This document shows, in pieces, positions 1 through 10,604 of a DNA stretch of 64,000 nucleotides (within the stretch, counting starts at the first letter, position 1; each line of letters begins with the position of its first letter). The stretch lies in NCBI GenBank assembly GCA_031431875.1, contig JANPEF010000153.1, positions 45,891-109,890 on the forward strand, in the 5' to 3' direction. A program made the position numbers and the translations under genes. The notes beneath the pieces are model-generated. The model did not search any database. It saw only the letters and a list, made by a program, of their open reading frames with translations, and had not been told where the DNA came from. This stretch comes from Candidatus Eiseniibacteriota bacterium (lineage in GTDB: Bacteria > Eisenbacteria > RBG-16-71-46 > DASYSL01).

Positions 1-35
1 GCCGTCGGCGCACGCGGATTCGCGGGAGGCAGACG

Positions 36-1196
36 ATGAAGGTGCTCATCGCAGGCGGCGGCACCGGGGGACACATCTACCCGGGCATCGCGGTCGCCGA
101 GGAACTGAAGCGCCTCGACCCGACGATCGAGATCCGGTTCGTGGGTGGAGATCGCGGTCTCGAGGGCCGGGTCGTTCCCGAGGCGGGCTTCGAGCTGGTC
201 ACCATCGGCGCCCGCGGCCTGCCGCGCCGCGCGCCGTGGAAGGTGCCCGGCGCGCTGCTGGCCAACGCCGGGGCGTTCTTCTCGTCGATCGGCATCGTCA
301 ACTCGTGGCGCCCCGACGTCGTGCTCGGCACCGGCGGTTACGTCTCCGCGCCGGTCGTCGTCGCGGCGTGGCTGGCCCGCCGCCCGGTCGTGCTGCAGGA
401 GCAGAACTCGATTCCCGGCCTGACCAATCGCCTGCTCGCCCGCGTCGCCGACGAGGTGCACCTGGCGTTCAGCGAGTCGCGCGGCTGGTTCGCGCGCAAG
501 GACCGGCTCAAGCTGTCGGGCAACCCGGTGCGCCGCGAGATTCTCTCGGGCGAGCGCAAGCCCGCGCTGGCGCGCTTCGGCTTGGCCGAGGGCCTGCCCA
601 CCGCGTTCGTGTTCGGCGGCTCGCGCGGCGCGCGGCGCATCAACGAGGCGACGCTCGAGGCCATCCAGAAGTTGCGCGGCCACCTGGGCGCGCAATTCAT
701 CCTGCAGACCGGCAAGGAGGACTTCGCCTGGGCCAAGGAAAAAGCCGAGGCGCAGGGCCTGCCGGTGACGGTCGTGCCGTACCTGACACACATCCACGAG
801 GCGTACGCGGCGGCCGACCTGGTGGTCTGCCGCGCCGGCGCGATGACGCTGGCCGAGATCGCCGCCTGCGGCGTGCCATCGATCCTCGTGCCCTATCCGT
901 TCGCGGCCTACAACCACCAGGAAGTGAACGCCCAGAACCTGGCCGAGCGCGGCGGCGCCGTGATGATCAAGGACGGCGAGCTCACCGGCGAGCGGCTGGC
1001 GCACGAACTGTCGCGCCTGCTCAAGGACCGCGAGACCCTGATCCGCATGTCGGCCAACGCGCGCCGCTTCGCGCGCCCGGACGCCGCCCAGCGGATCGCC
1101 CGGAGCCTGACCGAGTGGGCGGCCGATGCGGCCGGCAAGCGCGCGGCGCGCGACGGCCGGGGCGTCGACACCGCCGGCGACGAGACCGGGGACTGA
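36..1196 (+). CDS. murG: Undecaprenyl-PP-MurNAc-pentapeptide GlcNAc transferase
   Basis: N-terminal AGGGTGGHIYP motif, GGSRGA and RAGAMT motifs, dcw context. Confidence 0.97.
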   Translation: MKVLIAGGGTGGHIYPGIAVAEELKRLDPTIEIRFVGGDRGLEGRVVPEAGFELVTIGARGLPRRAPWKVPGALLANAGAFFSSIGIVNSWRPDVVLGTGGYVSAPVVVAAWLARRPVVLQEQNSIPGLTNRLLARVADEVHLAFSESRGWFARKDRLKLSGNPVRREILSGERKPALARFGLAEGLPTAFVFGGSRGARRINEATLEAIQKLRGHLGAQFILQTGKEDFAWAKEKAEAQGLPVTVVPYLTHIHEAYAAADLVVCRAGAMTLAEIAACGVPSILVPYPFAAYNHQEVNAQNLAERGGAVMIKDGELTGERLAHELSRLLKDRETLIRMSANARRFARPDAAQRIARSLTEWAADAAGKRAARDGRGVDTAGDETGD

Positions 1197-1197
1197 C

Positions 1198-2574
1198 GTG
1201 TACGGACGCGCGCGCAAGATCCACTTCATCGGGATCGGCGGCTCGGGGATGAGCGGCCTCGCCGAGGTGTTGCTCACCATGGGCTACCAGGTCTCGGGAT
1301 CGGATCTCAAGACGACCGAGGTGACCGATCGCCTCGTCGCCGCAGGCGGGCGCGTGTTCCCCGGGCATCACGAGCGAAACGTCGAGGGCGCGCAGATCGT
1401 CGTCTACTCGAGCGCCGTGCAGGCCGACAACCCCGAGCTGCGCGCCGCCATCGCCCGCGGGCTGCCCGTCATCCCGCGCGCCGACATGCTGGCCGAGCTG
1501 ATGCGCATGAAGTACGGCATCGCCATCGGCGGGGCCCACGGCAAGACGACGACCACGTCGATGGTGGGCGCGATCCTGCTCGAGGGCGGGCTCGATCCGA
1601 CGATCGTCGTCGGCGGGCGCGTCCATGCGCTCAAGACCAACGCGCGGCTGGGGCACGGCCAGTTCCTCGTCGCCGAGGCCGACGAATCCGACGGCTCGTT
1701 CGTCCGCCTGTCGCCGGCGATCGCCGTGATCACGAACCTCGACGAGGAGCACCTCGACCACTACGGCTCGATGGCGGGCCTCGAGTCCGCGTTCGTCGAG
1801 TTCGCGGAGCGCGTGCCGTTCTACGGCCTGGTCGTGCTGTGCGCGGACAACGCGCGCCTGATGCGCCTGGCGCCGCGGATCAGCCGCCGCACGCTCACCT
1901 ACGGGATCGAGCATGGGACGATTCGCGCGAAGGACCTCGTGCTGTCGCCGCAAGGCGCGCGCTTCACGGTGACGTGGGGCGAGCGCACCGTGGGCGTGAT
2001 CGAGCTTCCCGTGATGGGCCGCCACAACGTGCTCAACGCGCTGGCGGCGATCATCGTCGGCGTCGAGCTCGAAATCCCGTTCACCCACATCGCGCAGGCG
2101 CTGTCGCGCTTCGGCGGCGTCGGCCGGCGCTTCGAGAAGAAGGGCGAGGCGGGCGACGTGATGGTGGTCGACGACTACGCCCACCATCCGACCGAGATCA
2201 TGGCGACGCTCGCCGCCGCCCGGCAGCTCGGCCGCGGCCGCGTCATCGCCGTCTTCCAGCCGCATCGGTTCAGCCGCACGCGGGCGCTGGCGCAGGAGTT
2301 CGGCGCCTGCTTCGGCGACGCGGATCACGTGCTGGTGACGGATGTCTATCCCGCGGGCGAGCCGCCGATTCCCGGCGTCACCGCGGAGCTCATCGTGGGG
2401 GCCGCCCGGAGCCACGGGCACAGGAACGTCGTCTACGCGGGGGACCTGGCCCGCGCGGAGGCTCTGCTCAGGGAGTTGGTGCGCCCCCATGATCTCGTCC
2501 TCACGCTCGGGGCCGGCGATGTCGCCCGGCTCGGCGATCGTGTCCTCAAGTCGGTGGCGGAGGTACGGCGATGA
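1198..2574 (+). CDS. murC: UDP-N-acetylmuramate--L-alanine ligase
   Basis: GTG start at 1198; IHFIGIGGSGMSG, GAHGKTTT P-loop, EADESD, DDYAHHPTE motifs. Confidence 0.97.
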   Translation: MYGRARKIHFIGIGGSGMSGLAEVLLTMGYQVSGSDLKTTEVTDRLVAAGGRVFPGHHERNVEGAQIVVYSSAVQADNPELRAAIARGLPVIPRADMLAELMRMKYGIAIGGAHGKTTTTSMVGAILLEGGLDPTIVVGGRVHALKTNARLGHGQFLVAEADESDGSFVRLSPAIAVITNLDEEHLDHYGSMAGLESAFVEFAERVPFYGLVVLCADNARLMRLAPRISRRTLTYGIEHGTIRAKDLVLSPQGARFTVTWGERTVGVIELPVMGRHNVLNALAAIIVGVELEIPFTHIAQALSRFGGVGRRFEKKGEAGDVMVVDDYAHHPTEIMATLAAARQLGRGRVIAVFQPHRFSRTRALAQEFGACFGDADHVLVTDVYPAGEPPIPGVTAELIVGAARSHGHRNVVYAGDLARAEALLRELVRPHDLVLTLGAGDVARLGDRVLKSVAEVRR

Positions 2575-3431
2575 GCCGCTCGGCCTACACGGGGCGCGCG
2601 CTGTGGAGCGCGCCGAATCCGGCGCGCCGGCGCGGGCTCAAGCCCGGCTGGATCATGCTGCTCGGGCTCGCGGTGTGCGGCGGCCTGTGGCTGTCGCGCG
2701 ACCGGCTGGCGAAGACGCCGCCGTACCGCGCGCTGTTCATCGTGCGCCAGGCCTCGGTCGACGGGGCGGTGTACCTGGGCGAGGACGAAGTGCGGCGCGC
2801 CGCCGGGCTCGACCGTCCGCTCGACTTCCTCCGCACCGACCTGGGCAAGGCGCAGACGAGGTTGGCGAAGTCGCCACGCGTCGCCTCGGCCCGCATCGAG
2901 CGCGCACTGCCGCGCCGGATCGTGATCGCGATCACCGAGCGCCGTCCGGCGGCGATCGTCCGCGGTGGGCGCATGTTCGAGACCGACATGCGCGGCGTGA
3001 TCCTGCCGCCGCTGGTCTCGGGCGTGATGCCCGACGTGCCCATCGTCTCGGGCGTGAAGGTGGCCGACGCGCGGCCCGGGAGGACGATTGCCGACCCGCG
3101 CTACGCGCGCGCGCTGCGTCACCTCGCGGCGTTGGCGCGTCCCGAGGTGGGGCTGTCGAACCCGGTCTCGCAGATCGACGTCTCCGATGCGAGGCGCACC
3201 GTCGTCACGCTCGCGCCCGACGGCATCGATGTCTACCTTCCGGCCGAGCCGCCGACCGTGCGCACGCTGTCCGCGCTGCGCGTCGTGCTCGCCGACCTGG
3301 CGTCGCGGAGCCTGTCCGCCTCGTCGATCGACCTGATGGACGACGAAGTCGTCGCCGTCCGTCCCGTTCCCGTCGCGGCCGCCGCCGCCGACACGCTGCA
3401 GTCCGTCACCCGTGAACCCAGGAGGGGGTGA
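2571..3431 (+). CDS. ftsQ: Cell division protein FtsQ/DivIB
   Basis: N-terminal TM then POTRA-like segment (IERALPRRIVIAITER); between murC and ftsA; ATGA overlap with murC. Confidence 0.85.
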   Translation: MSRSAYTGRALWSAPNPARRRGLKPGWIMLLGLAVCGGLWLSRDRLAKTPPYRALFIVRQASVDGAVYLGEDEVRRAAGLDRPLDFLRTDLGKAQTRLAKSPRVASARIERALPRRIVIAITERRPAAIVRGGRMFETDMRGVILPPLVSGVMPDVPIVSGVKVADARPGRTIADPRYARALRHLAALARPEVGLSNPVSQIDVSDARRTVVTLAPDGIDVYLPAEPPTVRTLSALRVVLADLASRSLSASSIDLMDDEVVAVRPVPVAAAAADTLQSVTREPRRG

Positions 3432-3435
3432 GTCG

Positions 3436-4668
3436 ATGTCGCAAACCCGCACCTATGTCGGTCTCGATATTGGAACCACGAAGATCTCGGCGATCATCGC
3501 CGAGATGGATCCCGAGACACGTGACCTCAAGATCGTCGGCGTCGGCATCAGCCCGTCCGAGGGCTTGCGGCGCGGCGTCGTCGTCAACCTGGAGAAGACA
3601 GTCGCCTCGATCGCGCGCGCGGTCGAGGAGGCCGAGCGCATGGCCGGCGTGCAGATCAAGGGTGTCTACGCGGGCATCGCCGGCGACCACATCCGCTCGA
3701 TCAACTCGCGCGGCGTGATCGCCGTGTCGCGCCGCGACAACGAGATCTCGCAGGCCGACGTCGACCGCGTGGTCGACGCCGCCAAGGCGGTGGCCATCCC
3801 GATGGACCGCGAGATCATCCACGTCATCCCGCAGGAGTTCATCGTCGACGACCAGGACGGGATCAAGGACCCGATCGGCATGTCGGGCGTCCGGCTCGAG
3901 GCCGAGGTCCACATCATCACGGGCGCGGTCACCTCGGCGAAGAACATCTGCAAGTCCATCCAGCGCGCCGGGCTCAAGGTGCACGACCTGGTGCTCGAGC
4001 CGCTGGCCAGCTCGCATGCCGTGCTCGGCCCCGACGAGCGCGACCTGGGGGTGGTGCTGCTCGACATCGGCGGCGGCACGACCGACGTCGCCGTGTTCTT
4101 CGAGGGCTCGATCCGCCACACGGCGATCGTGCCGCTGGGCGGCGCGTCGGTGACGAACGACATCGCGATCGGCCTGAGGACGCCGATCGAGCAGGCCGAG
4201 CGCATCAAGATCGAGCACGGCTGCGCGCTGGCGGCGATGGTGCAACCACACGAGCGCCTGACGGTGCCGGGCGTCGGCGGCCGCGCCGACAAGGACATCA
4301 CGCGGCACCTGCTGGCCACCATGATCGAGCCGCGCTTCGAGGAGATCTTCATGCTGGCGGCCAAGGAGGTGAAGAAGAACCACTTCGCCGACCTGCTGGG
4401 CGCCGGCGTGGTGCTCACCGGCGGGAGTTCCCTGCTGCCGGGTGCGATCGAACTGGCCGAGCAGGTGTTCGAGATGCCCGTGCGGCGGGGGATCCCCTCG
4501 GGGCTCTCCGGCCTCATGGAAAACGTGCGCGATCCTCGTCACGCCACCGGCGTGGGGCTGATCCTGCACGCGGTACTGAACGAGGGCGGGGACTCGCCGC
4601 ACCAGCCGAAGCCGGCCGGCCTGCCGGTCCCCGAGGGCCTGAAGCGTTTCTTCGCGGAGTTGTTCTAG
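3436..4668 (+). CDS. ftsA: Cell division protein FtsA
   Basis: [18 protein letters not shown] motifs, C-terminal amphipathic helix (LKRFFAELF); ATG 3436 after GGAGG. Confidence 0.97.
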   Translation: MSQTRTYVGLDIGTTKISAIIAEMDPETRDLKIVGVGISPSEGLRRGVVVNLEKTVASIARAVEEAERMAGVQIKGVYAGIAGDHIRSINSRGVIAVSRRDNEISQADVDRVVDAAKAVAIPMDREIIHVIPQEFIVDDQDGIKDPIGMSGVRLEAEVHIITGAVTSAKNICKSIQRAGLKVHDLVLEPLASSHAVLGPDERDLGVVLLDIGGGTTDVAVFFEGSIRHTAIVPLGGASVTNDIAIGLRTPIEQAERIKIEHGCALAAMVQPHERLTVPGVGGRADKDITRHLLATMIEPRFEEIFMLAAKEVKKNHFADLLGAGVVLTGGSSLLPGAIELAEQVFEMPVRRGIPSGLSGLMENVRDPRHATGVGLILHAVLNEGGDSPHQPKPAGLPVPEGLKRFFAELF

Positions 4669-4732
4669 GTCGGCTGGCGGCCGATTCACGGATGCACAAG
4701 GGCCCGGAGAGGCCCGGAAGGGAGACAAGGAC

Positions 4733-6004
4733 ATGTTCGAACTCGAGGTCGACATCCAGCCGTCCGCCATGATCAAGGTCGTCGGAGTGGGGGGCGCCGG
4801 CGGGAACGCCGTCAATCGCATGATCGCGTCGGGACTGCGCGGCGTGGAATTCCACATCGCGAACACGGACATCCAGGCGCTGACCGGCTCGATGGCCCAG
4901 CGCAAGTTGCAGATCGGACCCAATCTGACGAAGGGCCTGGGCTCGGGCGGTGACCCGATGGTCGGACGCCGCGCCGCCGAGGAGGACGAGCAGGCGATCG
5001 CCGACATGCTCGAGGGCGCCGACATGGTGTTCATCACCGCCGGCATGGGGGGCGGAACAGGCACGGGCGCTGCGCCGGTCGTCGCGCGCGTGGCGCGCCA
5101 GCTCGGCGCGCTCACCGTCGCCGTCGTGTCGCGTCCGTTCGAGTTCGAGGGCCGTCGCCGTGGGCGCCAGGCTGACGACGGCATGAACGAGCTGCGGCAG
5201 GAAGTCGACACGCTGATCGTCATCCCGAACCAGCGCCTGCTGCACGTCGTGGGCAAGGACACGCCGCTGACCGAGGCGTTCGCGGTCGCCGACGAGGTGC
5301 TGCTCAAGGCGACGAAGGGCATCTCGGACCTGGTCACCGTGCCGGGCCTGGTGAACCTCGACTTCGCCGACGTGAAGTCGATCATGGCCGCGCAGGGCAA
5401 CGCGCTGATGGGCACGGGCCGCGCGTCCGGCCCCGATCGCGCCGCCACCGCCGCGCACCAGGCCGTGTCGAGCCCGCTGCTCGAGGACGTGTCGGTCGCC
5501 GGCGCGCAGGGCGTGCTGCTCAACATCACGGGCGGGCGCGACCTCACGCTGCACGAGGTGAACGAGGCGTCCAACGTCGTCATGGAAGCGGCCGGTGTGG
5601 ATGCCAACGTGATCTTCGGCGCGGTCATCGACCCGACGCTCGACGGCGAGATCGTGATCACCGTCATCGCCACCGGCTTCGGCACGGCGGCCTCGCGCGC
5701 GTCACAGGCGCACGGCACGTCCACCAGCCGCGATGCGCGGCCGACGCCGCGCGTGCCGTCGTTCATCAGCACGCCGCGCGAGCACCTGCCGCCGGTTCCC
5801 CCGATGTCGCGCGCGTTCGCCAGCGCCGACGAGGTGCCGAGCCCGGTCGGCGCGCCCGAGGAGGACGCGATCGAGCTGTCGAGCGAGGAATCGCGCCGCC
5901 CGGCCGGATGGCGCAATCCCGAGAGCACGCTGCGCCGCCCGTCGCGCATGGGCGGCAAGGACAACTACGACGTGCCCGCGTTCCTGCGCAAGCTGCGCGG
6001 CTAG
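4733..6004 (+). CDS. ftsZ: Cell division protein FtsZ
   Basis: GGGTGTG tubulin signature, NLDFADV, C-terminal core peptide DVPAFLRK. Confidence 0.98.
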   Translation: MFELEVDIQPSAMIKVVGVGGAGGNAVNRMIASGLRGVEFHIANTDIQALTGSMAQRKLQIGPNLTKGLGSGGDPMVGRRAAEEDEQAIADMLEGADMVFITAGMGGGTGTGAAPVVARVARQLGALTVAVVSRPFEFEGRRRGRQADDGMNELRQEVDTLIVIPNQRLLHVVGKDTPLTEAFAVADEVLLKATKGISDLVTVPGLVNLDFADVKSIMAAQGNALMGTGRASGPDRAATAAHQAVSSPLLEDVSVAGAQGVLLNITGGRDLTLHEVNEASNVVMEAAGVDANVIFGAVIDPTLDGEIVITVIATGFGTAASRASQAHGTSTSRDARPTPRVPSFISTPREHLPPVPPMSRAFASADEVPSPVGAPEEDAIELSSEESRRPAGWRNPESTLRRPSRMGGKDNYDVPAFLRKLRG

Positions 6005-6036
6005 GTTTGCCGGCGTCGATTCAAGGGGAGGACATC

Positions 6037-7677
6037 ATGGCGTTCTGGTCCGGGCTCAAGGGCCTCGGTAGGAACCGGCACTACCATCGCGGCATCGTCC
6101 ACTACAACCGTGGCGACTATGCGGCGGCGGTGGCGGCGTTCGAGGAGGCGCTGGCATCGATGGACGACGAGGCGCCCGAGCGGAGCCTCGGCACGTTCTA
6201 CGCGGCAGAGGCCCGGGCGAACCTCGGCCTCGCGCGCTTCCAGAAGGGCGACGACGCGCGGGCGGAGGAGGATTTCCGGCAGGCGCTGGCGCACAATCCG
6301 AACTACGCCGACCTCCATTACTACGTGGCGCTGCTGTGCGAACGCACCGGGCGTCCCGCGGAGGCCGCGGCGGCGCTCGAGTGCGCGCTCGGCATCAACG
6401 CCGAGTATCTCGAGGCGCGGCTGCTCTACGCAGTCGTGCGCGCCCGGATGGGCGATGCGGCCGGGGCGCGCGGGGAGCTGGCGCGTGCGGTGGCGCTCGG
6501 CTTCGAGCTACCGCCCGGATTGTCGCTCGAGCCGAACTCGCCACTGGGCCCGCCCGAGTGGCAGGCGCTGCGCTCGCGTGCCACGCGGCGGAGCGAGGCC
6601 GCACGGCAGGTTGCGACCGCGCACGAGAAGGCGCAGCAAGGCGAGCGCGAGGCGGCCATCGAGGCGCTGGCGCGCGCCGCGGAAGCCGAGCCGAAGTTCG
6701 CCGACATCCGCTGCCGGCTCGCGGCGCACCTGGCCGATGCCGGGCGCCACGCCGAGGCGGTGCGCGAGCTGACGGTCGCACTGGCGATCAACCCGCGCTA
6801 CCTCGAGGCGCGCACGCGCCTCGGGCTGTCGCTGCTCCTGCTCGGTCGCCCGGCTGACGCCGAGTCGGCGTTCGCGCTCGCGCTCGAGGTCGCCCCGGGG
6901 GACGCAGACCTCCTCTACTTCACCGCCGCGGCACGCTTCCGCAGCGGCGACCTTGCGGGCGCCGAGCGGGCGCTCGACGAGGCGCTCGTGCAGCGGCCCC
7001 ACCTGGCGCGGGCGCATCGCCTGCGCGGCCTCTGCCTGGCCGCACGCGGGCGTCCCGACGAGGCGCTCACCGCGCTCGCCCAGGCGCTCGAGGGCGGGCG
7101 TGAACTGCCGCAGGCGGCGCTCGACCTCGGCGCGCTGCTGCTCGCGCGCGGTCGCGCGCGCGAGGCGGCAAAGGAGTTCGAGCGCGCGCTGCACTGGCTA
7201 CCCGATCGCGCCGACGTGCATTACGCGTTGGCCTGCGCGTTTCTCGCCCAGGGCGAGGCCGACGCGGCCGACGCACGCTTCGCCCGGGCACTCGAGCTCG
7301 AGCCGAATCATGCGGCCGCGCGCTTCCGCCTGGCCCAGGCACATGCCGCACGCGGGCGCTGGATCGACGCGCGCGTCGAGCTCGTACGGGCCGCCGCGAT
7401 CGTGCCGAAGTGGGCCGACGTGCGCCACGCGCTGGGGCAGGCCTGTGATCGTCTCGGCGACGCGGGGGCGGCCGAGCAGGCGTACCGCGAGGCGCTCTCG
7501 CTCAACGCCGCCTTCACCGAGGCGCGTCTGGCGCTGGCCGGCATCCTCGCGCGGCGCGGATCGCCCGAGGCGCAGGAGTTGATCGCCGGTGCCCGAGCCT
7601 ACGATCCGCTCCACCCGCGCGTGCGGGCGATGGACGAACACACGTTGCCGGAGTTGCTGGAGGAAGGCGTCTCGTGA
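6037..7677 (+). CDS. Tetratricopeptide repeat protein (546 aa)
   Basis: Many TPR-like helical repeats; ATG 6037 after GGGGAGG; no signal peptide. Confidence 0.85.
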   Translation: MAFWSGLKGLGRNRHYHRGIVHYNRGDYAAAVAAFEEALASMDDEAPERSLGTFYAAEARANLGLARFQKGDDARAEEDFRQALAHNPNYADLHYYVALLCERTGRPAEAAAALECALGINAEYLEARLLYAVVRARMGDAAGARGELARAVALGFELPPGLSLEPNSPLGPPEWQALRSRATRRSEAARQVATAHEKAQQGEREAAIEALARAAEAEPKFADIRCRLAAHLADAGRHAEAVRELTVALAINPRYLEARTRLGLSLLLLGRPADAESAFALALEVAPGDADLLYFTAAARFRSGDLAGAERALDEALVQRPHLARAHRLRGLCLAARGRPDEALTALAQALEGGRELPQAALDLGALLLARGRAREAAKEFERALHWLPDRADVHYALACAFLAQGEADAADARFARALELEPNHAAARFRLAQAHAARGRWIDARVELVRAAAIVPKWADVRHALGQACDRLGDAGAAEQAYREALSLNAAFTEARLALAGILARRGSPEAQELIAGARAYDPLHPRVRAMDEHTLPELLEEGVS

Positions 7678-7692
7678 AACGGGGGTCCCGTC

Positions 7693-7773
7693 ATGCAGGA
7701 TGATCGCCTGGTGCAGCTCTGCCGCTTGCTCGCGGCGCTCTACCTGATCGTCGCCGCCGCGCCGCTGGGCTGA
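7693..7773 (+). CDS. Possible 26-aa hydrophobic small protein (MQDDRLVQLCRLLAALYLIVAAAPLG)
   Basis: ATG 15 nt after TPR gene stop, GC-typical codons, hydrophobic C-half; weak RBS; overlaps 3' end of opposite gene. Confidence 0.25.
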   Translation: MQDDRLVQLCRLLAALYLIVAAAPLG

Positions 7774-9308
7774 GGGGCCGCGTCTCCGCTCGTGCGCCGG
7801 CGGTAGAATTCCATGCCCGTGGGCTGGCCCGGCACGGAATACGGCACGGCGACATAAGCCCCGGCGACGCTCGCGCGATCGCCCTCGTCACGAAACGGGG
7901 GCGCGCCGCTGGCGAATGCCTGGTTGGCGTCGAGGAATCCCTTGCGCACGACGAGCCAGTCCGGGCTGCGCCGGCGCACCACGTCGGCGTACCAGCCCGT
8001 GCCCGCGGCGCGCGACGTCGCGACGTCCGGCGCCACGAGTCCCACCTCGTCGATCATGCGCAGCTTCGCCTGGTAGCCAATGTGCCCCAGCGGCTCGAGC
8101 AGGACCGAATCGCCGGGCTTCGCCAGCGTGCGTAGCGCCACGCCGGACTGGTAGAACGAGATCACCTCCTGGCGTACGCGCTCGACGAACAGGTTGTGCA
8201 GCAGGATCGAGTCCGACACGAGGTAGAGCGCGAGGCTGGCGTACAGCAGCCGGTGTTTCGCGATCCGCTCGAGCCCGATGGCCGCGGTGAAGAACCAGCC
8301 GGCCGTCGGGACGACCGCATACCAGAAGAAGAACGGGACCCCGAGCAGGAAGTACGACGCGAGCACCGCGAGGCCCGCCAGGGCGACCAGCGTCGATGCC
8401 TGCGGCGCGCGCCGCTCGCGCCAGTACGTGGCGAACCCCAGCAGCGCGGCCGGCGCGGCGACGAGCGAGAAGGGGAGCAGGTTTGTCCCCTCGCCGGTCG
8501 CGGGCCAGCGCCCCGAGACGAACAGCGGAAACAGTCCTTCGATCCACTGCAGCCCCGCCAGCGGTCCCGGCGTGCCGTAGACAGCGGCCTTGGCCAGCAT
8601 GCTCTGCGGGAACGGCGACCCATAGTACGCGCCGAGCGCGAGCGCCCCCCCGGCGATCATGCCGAGCGCGATCATGCGCCCGCGCCACGAGGCCCCGAGC
8701 CCGAGCACGACTGCCGCGATCATTCCCTCCGGGCGCACCAGGGCGAGGAGCCCGAGCAGCACGCCCGCTCCCGGGAGCCGGGCGTGGAGGGCGGCGCCCG
8801 TGGCGAACAGCAGGCACAGGAACAGGCTCGTCTCCATGCCGAGGATCGCGTTGGCGGCAAAGACGGGGCACACGGCGAAGAACAGGGCGAATGCCCACGC
8901 CGCGACGGCTCCGCGCTCGCGGTGCAGCAGCGCGGCAGCCAGCCCGAGCGCCGTGAGGTCGAATGCGACACCCGAGACGCGCGCGAACAGGAGCGTGTCC
9001 TTCATCACCACCGCCCCGAGTGCGAGCCACGCGGTCCACAGCGGGGACGAGAAGCCGAACACAGGCTCGCCTGCGTTGTAGACCGGGCCCAGGCCGTGGG
9101 CCCAGTTTTCGGCGTAGCGGAATGTGATGTAGGCGTCCTCGGCCGCGAACGGGATCCGTGCGGCGCTGAGCATACGCACGACGAGCCCGAGCAGGAGCGG
9201 CACGAGGTAGGGGGAACGCAGATTCCAGGGGTCGAGCCCCGCGAGCAGGGCGGGGGAGGCTTCGGCTGGGGCGGGGGAGGCGCGCCGGGCTCGATCAAGG
9301 ATCGCCAT
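7740..9308 (-). CDS. Polytopic membrane protein, GT-C-like glycosyltransferase family
   Basis: EDAYITFRYA...GEPVFGFSSPLW loop after first TM, GMETSLF and RPEG motifs, more than 10 TM segments. Confidence 0.7.
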   Translation of the reverse strand: MAILDRARRASPAPAEASPALLAGLDPWNLRSPYLVPLLLGLVVRMLSAARIPFAAEDAYITFRYAENWAHGLGPVYNAGEPVFGFSSPLWTAWLALGAVVMKDTLLFARVSGVAFDLTALGLAAALLHRERGAVAAWAFALFFAVCPVFAANAILGMETSLFLCLLFATGAALHARLPGAGVLLGLLALVRPEGMIAAVVLGLGASWRGRMIALGMIAGGALALGAYYGSPFPQSMLAKAAVYGTPGPLAGLQWIEGLFPLFVSGRWPATGEGTNLLPFSLVAAPAALLGFATYWRERRAPQASTLVALAGLAVLASYFLLGVPFFFWYAVVPTAGWFFTAAIGLERIAKHRLLYASLALYLVSDSILLHNLFVERVRQEVISFYQSGVALRTLAKPGDSVLLEPLGHIGYQAKLRMIDEVGLVAPDVATSRAAGTGWYADVVRRRSPDWLVVRKGFLDANQAFASGAPPFRDEGDRASVAGAYVAVPYSVPGQPTGMEFYRRRTSGDAAPQPSGAAATIR

Positions 9309-9449
9309 GGGACAGGAAGCCTAGGCGGTTGGCGGGCCGAAAGCAACCGGTTGACGCCGGCCGCGTAGAGCGGTTGTCTTGACCCGATACGACTCGACCC
9401 GGACGCGCGACCGCGCGTCCGGCCGGATGCCCCCGGAGGAGGAAGCACG

Positions 9450-10250
9450 ATGCCCGCGATGCACGAAGTGGAGTACGAGATCCTCGGCGATGACCTGCAG
9501 TTCGTGAAGATCGAGCTCGACCCGCAGGAAGCCGTCGTCGCCGAAGCCGGCGGCATGATGTACATGGAAGACGGCATCGCCATGGAGACGATCTTCGGCG
9601 ACGGCTCGGCGCAGCAGGCGCAGGGCGGCCTCATGGGGATGCTCATGGGCGCGGGCAAGCGTCTGCTCACCGGCGAGTCGCTGTTCATGACCGTGTTTGC
9701 CAACCAGTCGCCGGGCAAGCGCAAGGTCGCCTTCGCCGCGCCGTACCCGGGCAAGATCATCCCGGTGCACCTGGCCGAGCTCGGCGGTGAAATCGTCTGC
9801 CAGAAGGACTCGTTCCTCGCGGCGGCCAAGGGCGTGTCGATCGGCATCGCGTTCCAGCGGCGCCTCGGCGTTGGCCTGTTCGGCGGCGAGGGGTTCATCA
9901 TGCAGAGCCTCAAGGGGGACGGTCTCGCGTTCCTGCACGCCGGCGGCTCGATCGAGGAGCGCACGCTCGCCCCCGGCGAGATCCTTCGCGTCGACACGGG
10001 TTGCATCGTCGCCCTGGCCAAGGGCGTCGACTACGACATCGAGATGGTGAAGGGCGTGAAGTCGTGGATCTTCGGCGGCGAGGGCCTGTTCTTCGCGACG
10101 CTGCGCGGGCCGGGCCGGGTGTGGATGCAGTCGCTGCCGCTGTCGCGTTTGGCCGGTCGCATCTTCGCCGCCGCGCCGCAGCAGGGCGGTCGAAAGGAAG
10201 AGGGCTCGATCCTCGGTGGGCTGGGCAACCTGCTCGACGGGCGCGAGTAG
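9450..10250 (+). CDS. TIGR00266/AIM24 family protein
   Basis: [36 protein letters not shown] motifs; GGAGG RBS. Confidence 0.9.
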   Translation: MPAMHEVEYEILGDDLQFVKIELDPQEAVVAEAGGMMYMEDGIAMETIFGDGSAQQAQGGLMGMLMGAGKRLLTGESLFMTVFANQSPGKRKVAFAAPYPGKIIPVHLAELGGEIVCQKDSFLAAAKGVSIGIAFQRRLGVGLFGGEGFIMQSLKGDGLAFLHAGGSIEERTLAPGEILRVDTGCIVALAKGVDYDIEMVKGVKSWIFGGEGLFFATLRGPGRVWMQSLPLSRLAGRIFAAAPQQGGRKEEGSILGGLGNLLDGRE

Positions 10251-10604
10251 GTGCGCCGAGCGCTGCTGGCGGCGGCCTTGCTGCTGCTCGGAGCGGGCTG
10301 TGGTGCACTGGACGGGCAAAAGTTCGAACCGTCTTCGGAGGAGACACGGGTCTCCGGCGTTCTCGCGGGGCCGGTCCGGCGTCGACCGGAGGACTACACG
10401 GAGGTGATTCCGGTGCAGACCGGACCAGGCAGGATCGAGTCCATTCTCCTGCCCGACAAGGTCGCCGGGCAGCGCCCGACGGACGCGTGGATCGAGCTCT
10501 ACCGGGAAGCGATGGCCATGACACCGGGCGATCAGCTGGTGGCGACGGGATCCCGGGATGCCGACGGATTCCTGATCGTCCAGGCACTGGAGGTCAAGAG
10601 ATGA
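10251..10604 (+). CDS. Small lipoprotein, paralogue of downstream gene
   Basis: Signal peptide with lipobox LGAGC; shares motifs with 10601..10954. Confidence 0.7.
   Translation: MRRALLAAALLLLGAGCGALDGQKFEPSSEETRVSGVLAGPVRRRPEDYTEVIPVQTGPGRIESILLPDKVAGQRPTDAWIELYREAMAMTPGDQLVATGSRDADGFLIVQALEVKR

Noticed and set aside
3406-5964. Long antisense ORFs (also 11398..14250, 38648..41572, 47809..49590, 53628..55637 and others)
   Set aside because: Shadow frames of real genes in high-GC DNA; no motifs, biased composition.
9344-9353. Palindrome CAACCGGTTG between divergent genes
   Set aside because: Single 10-bp occurrence with no cognate regulator nearby.
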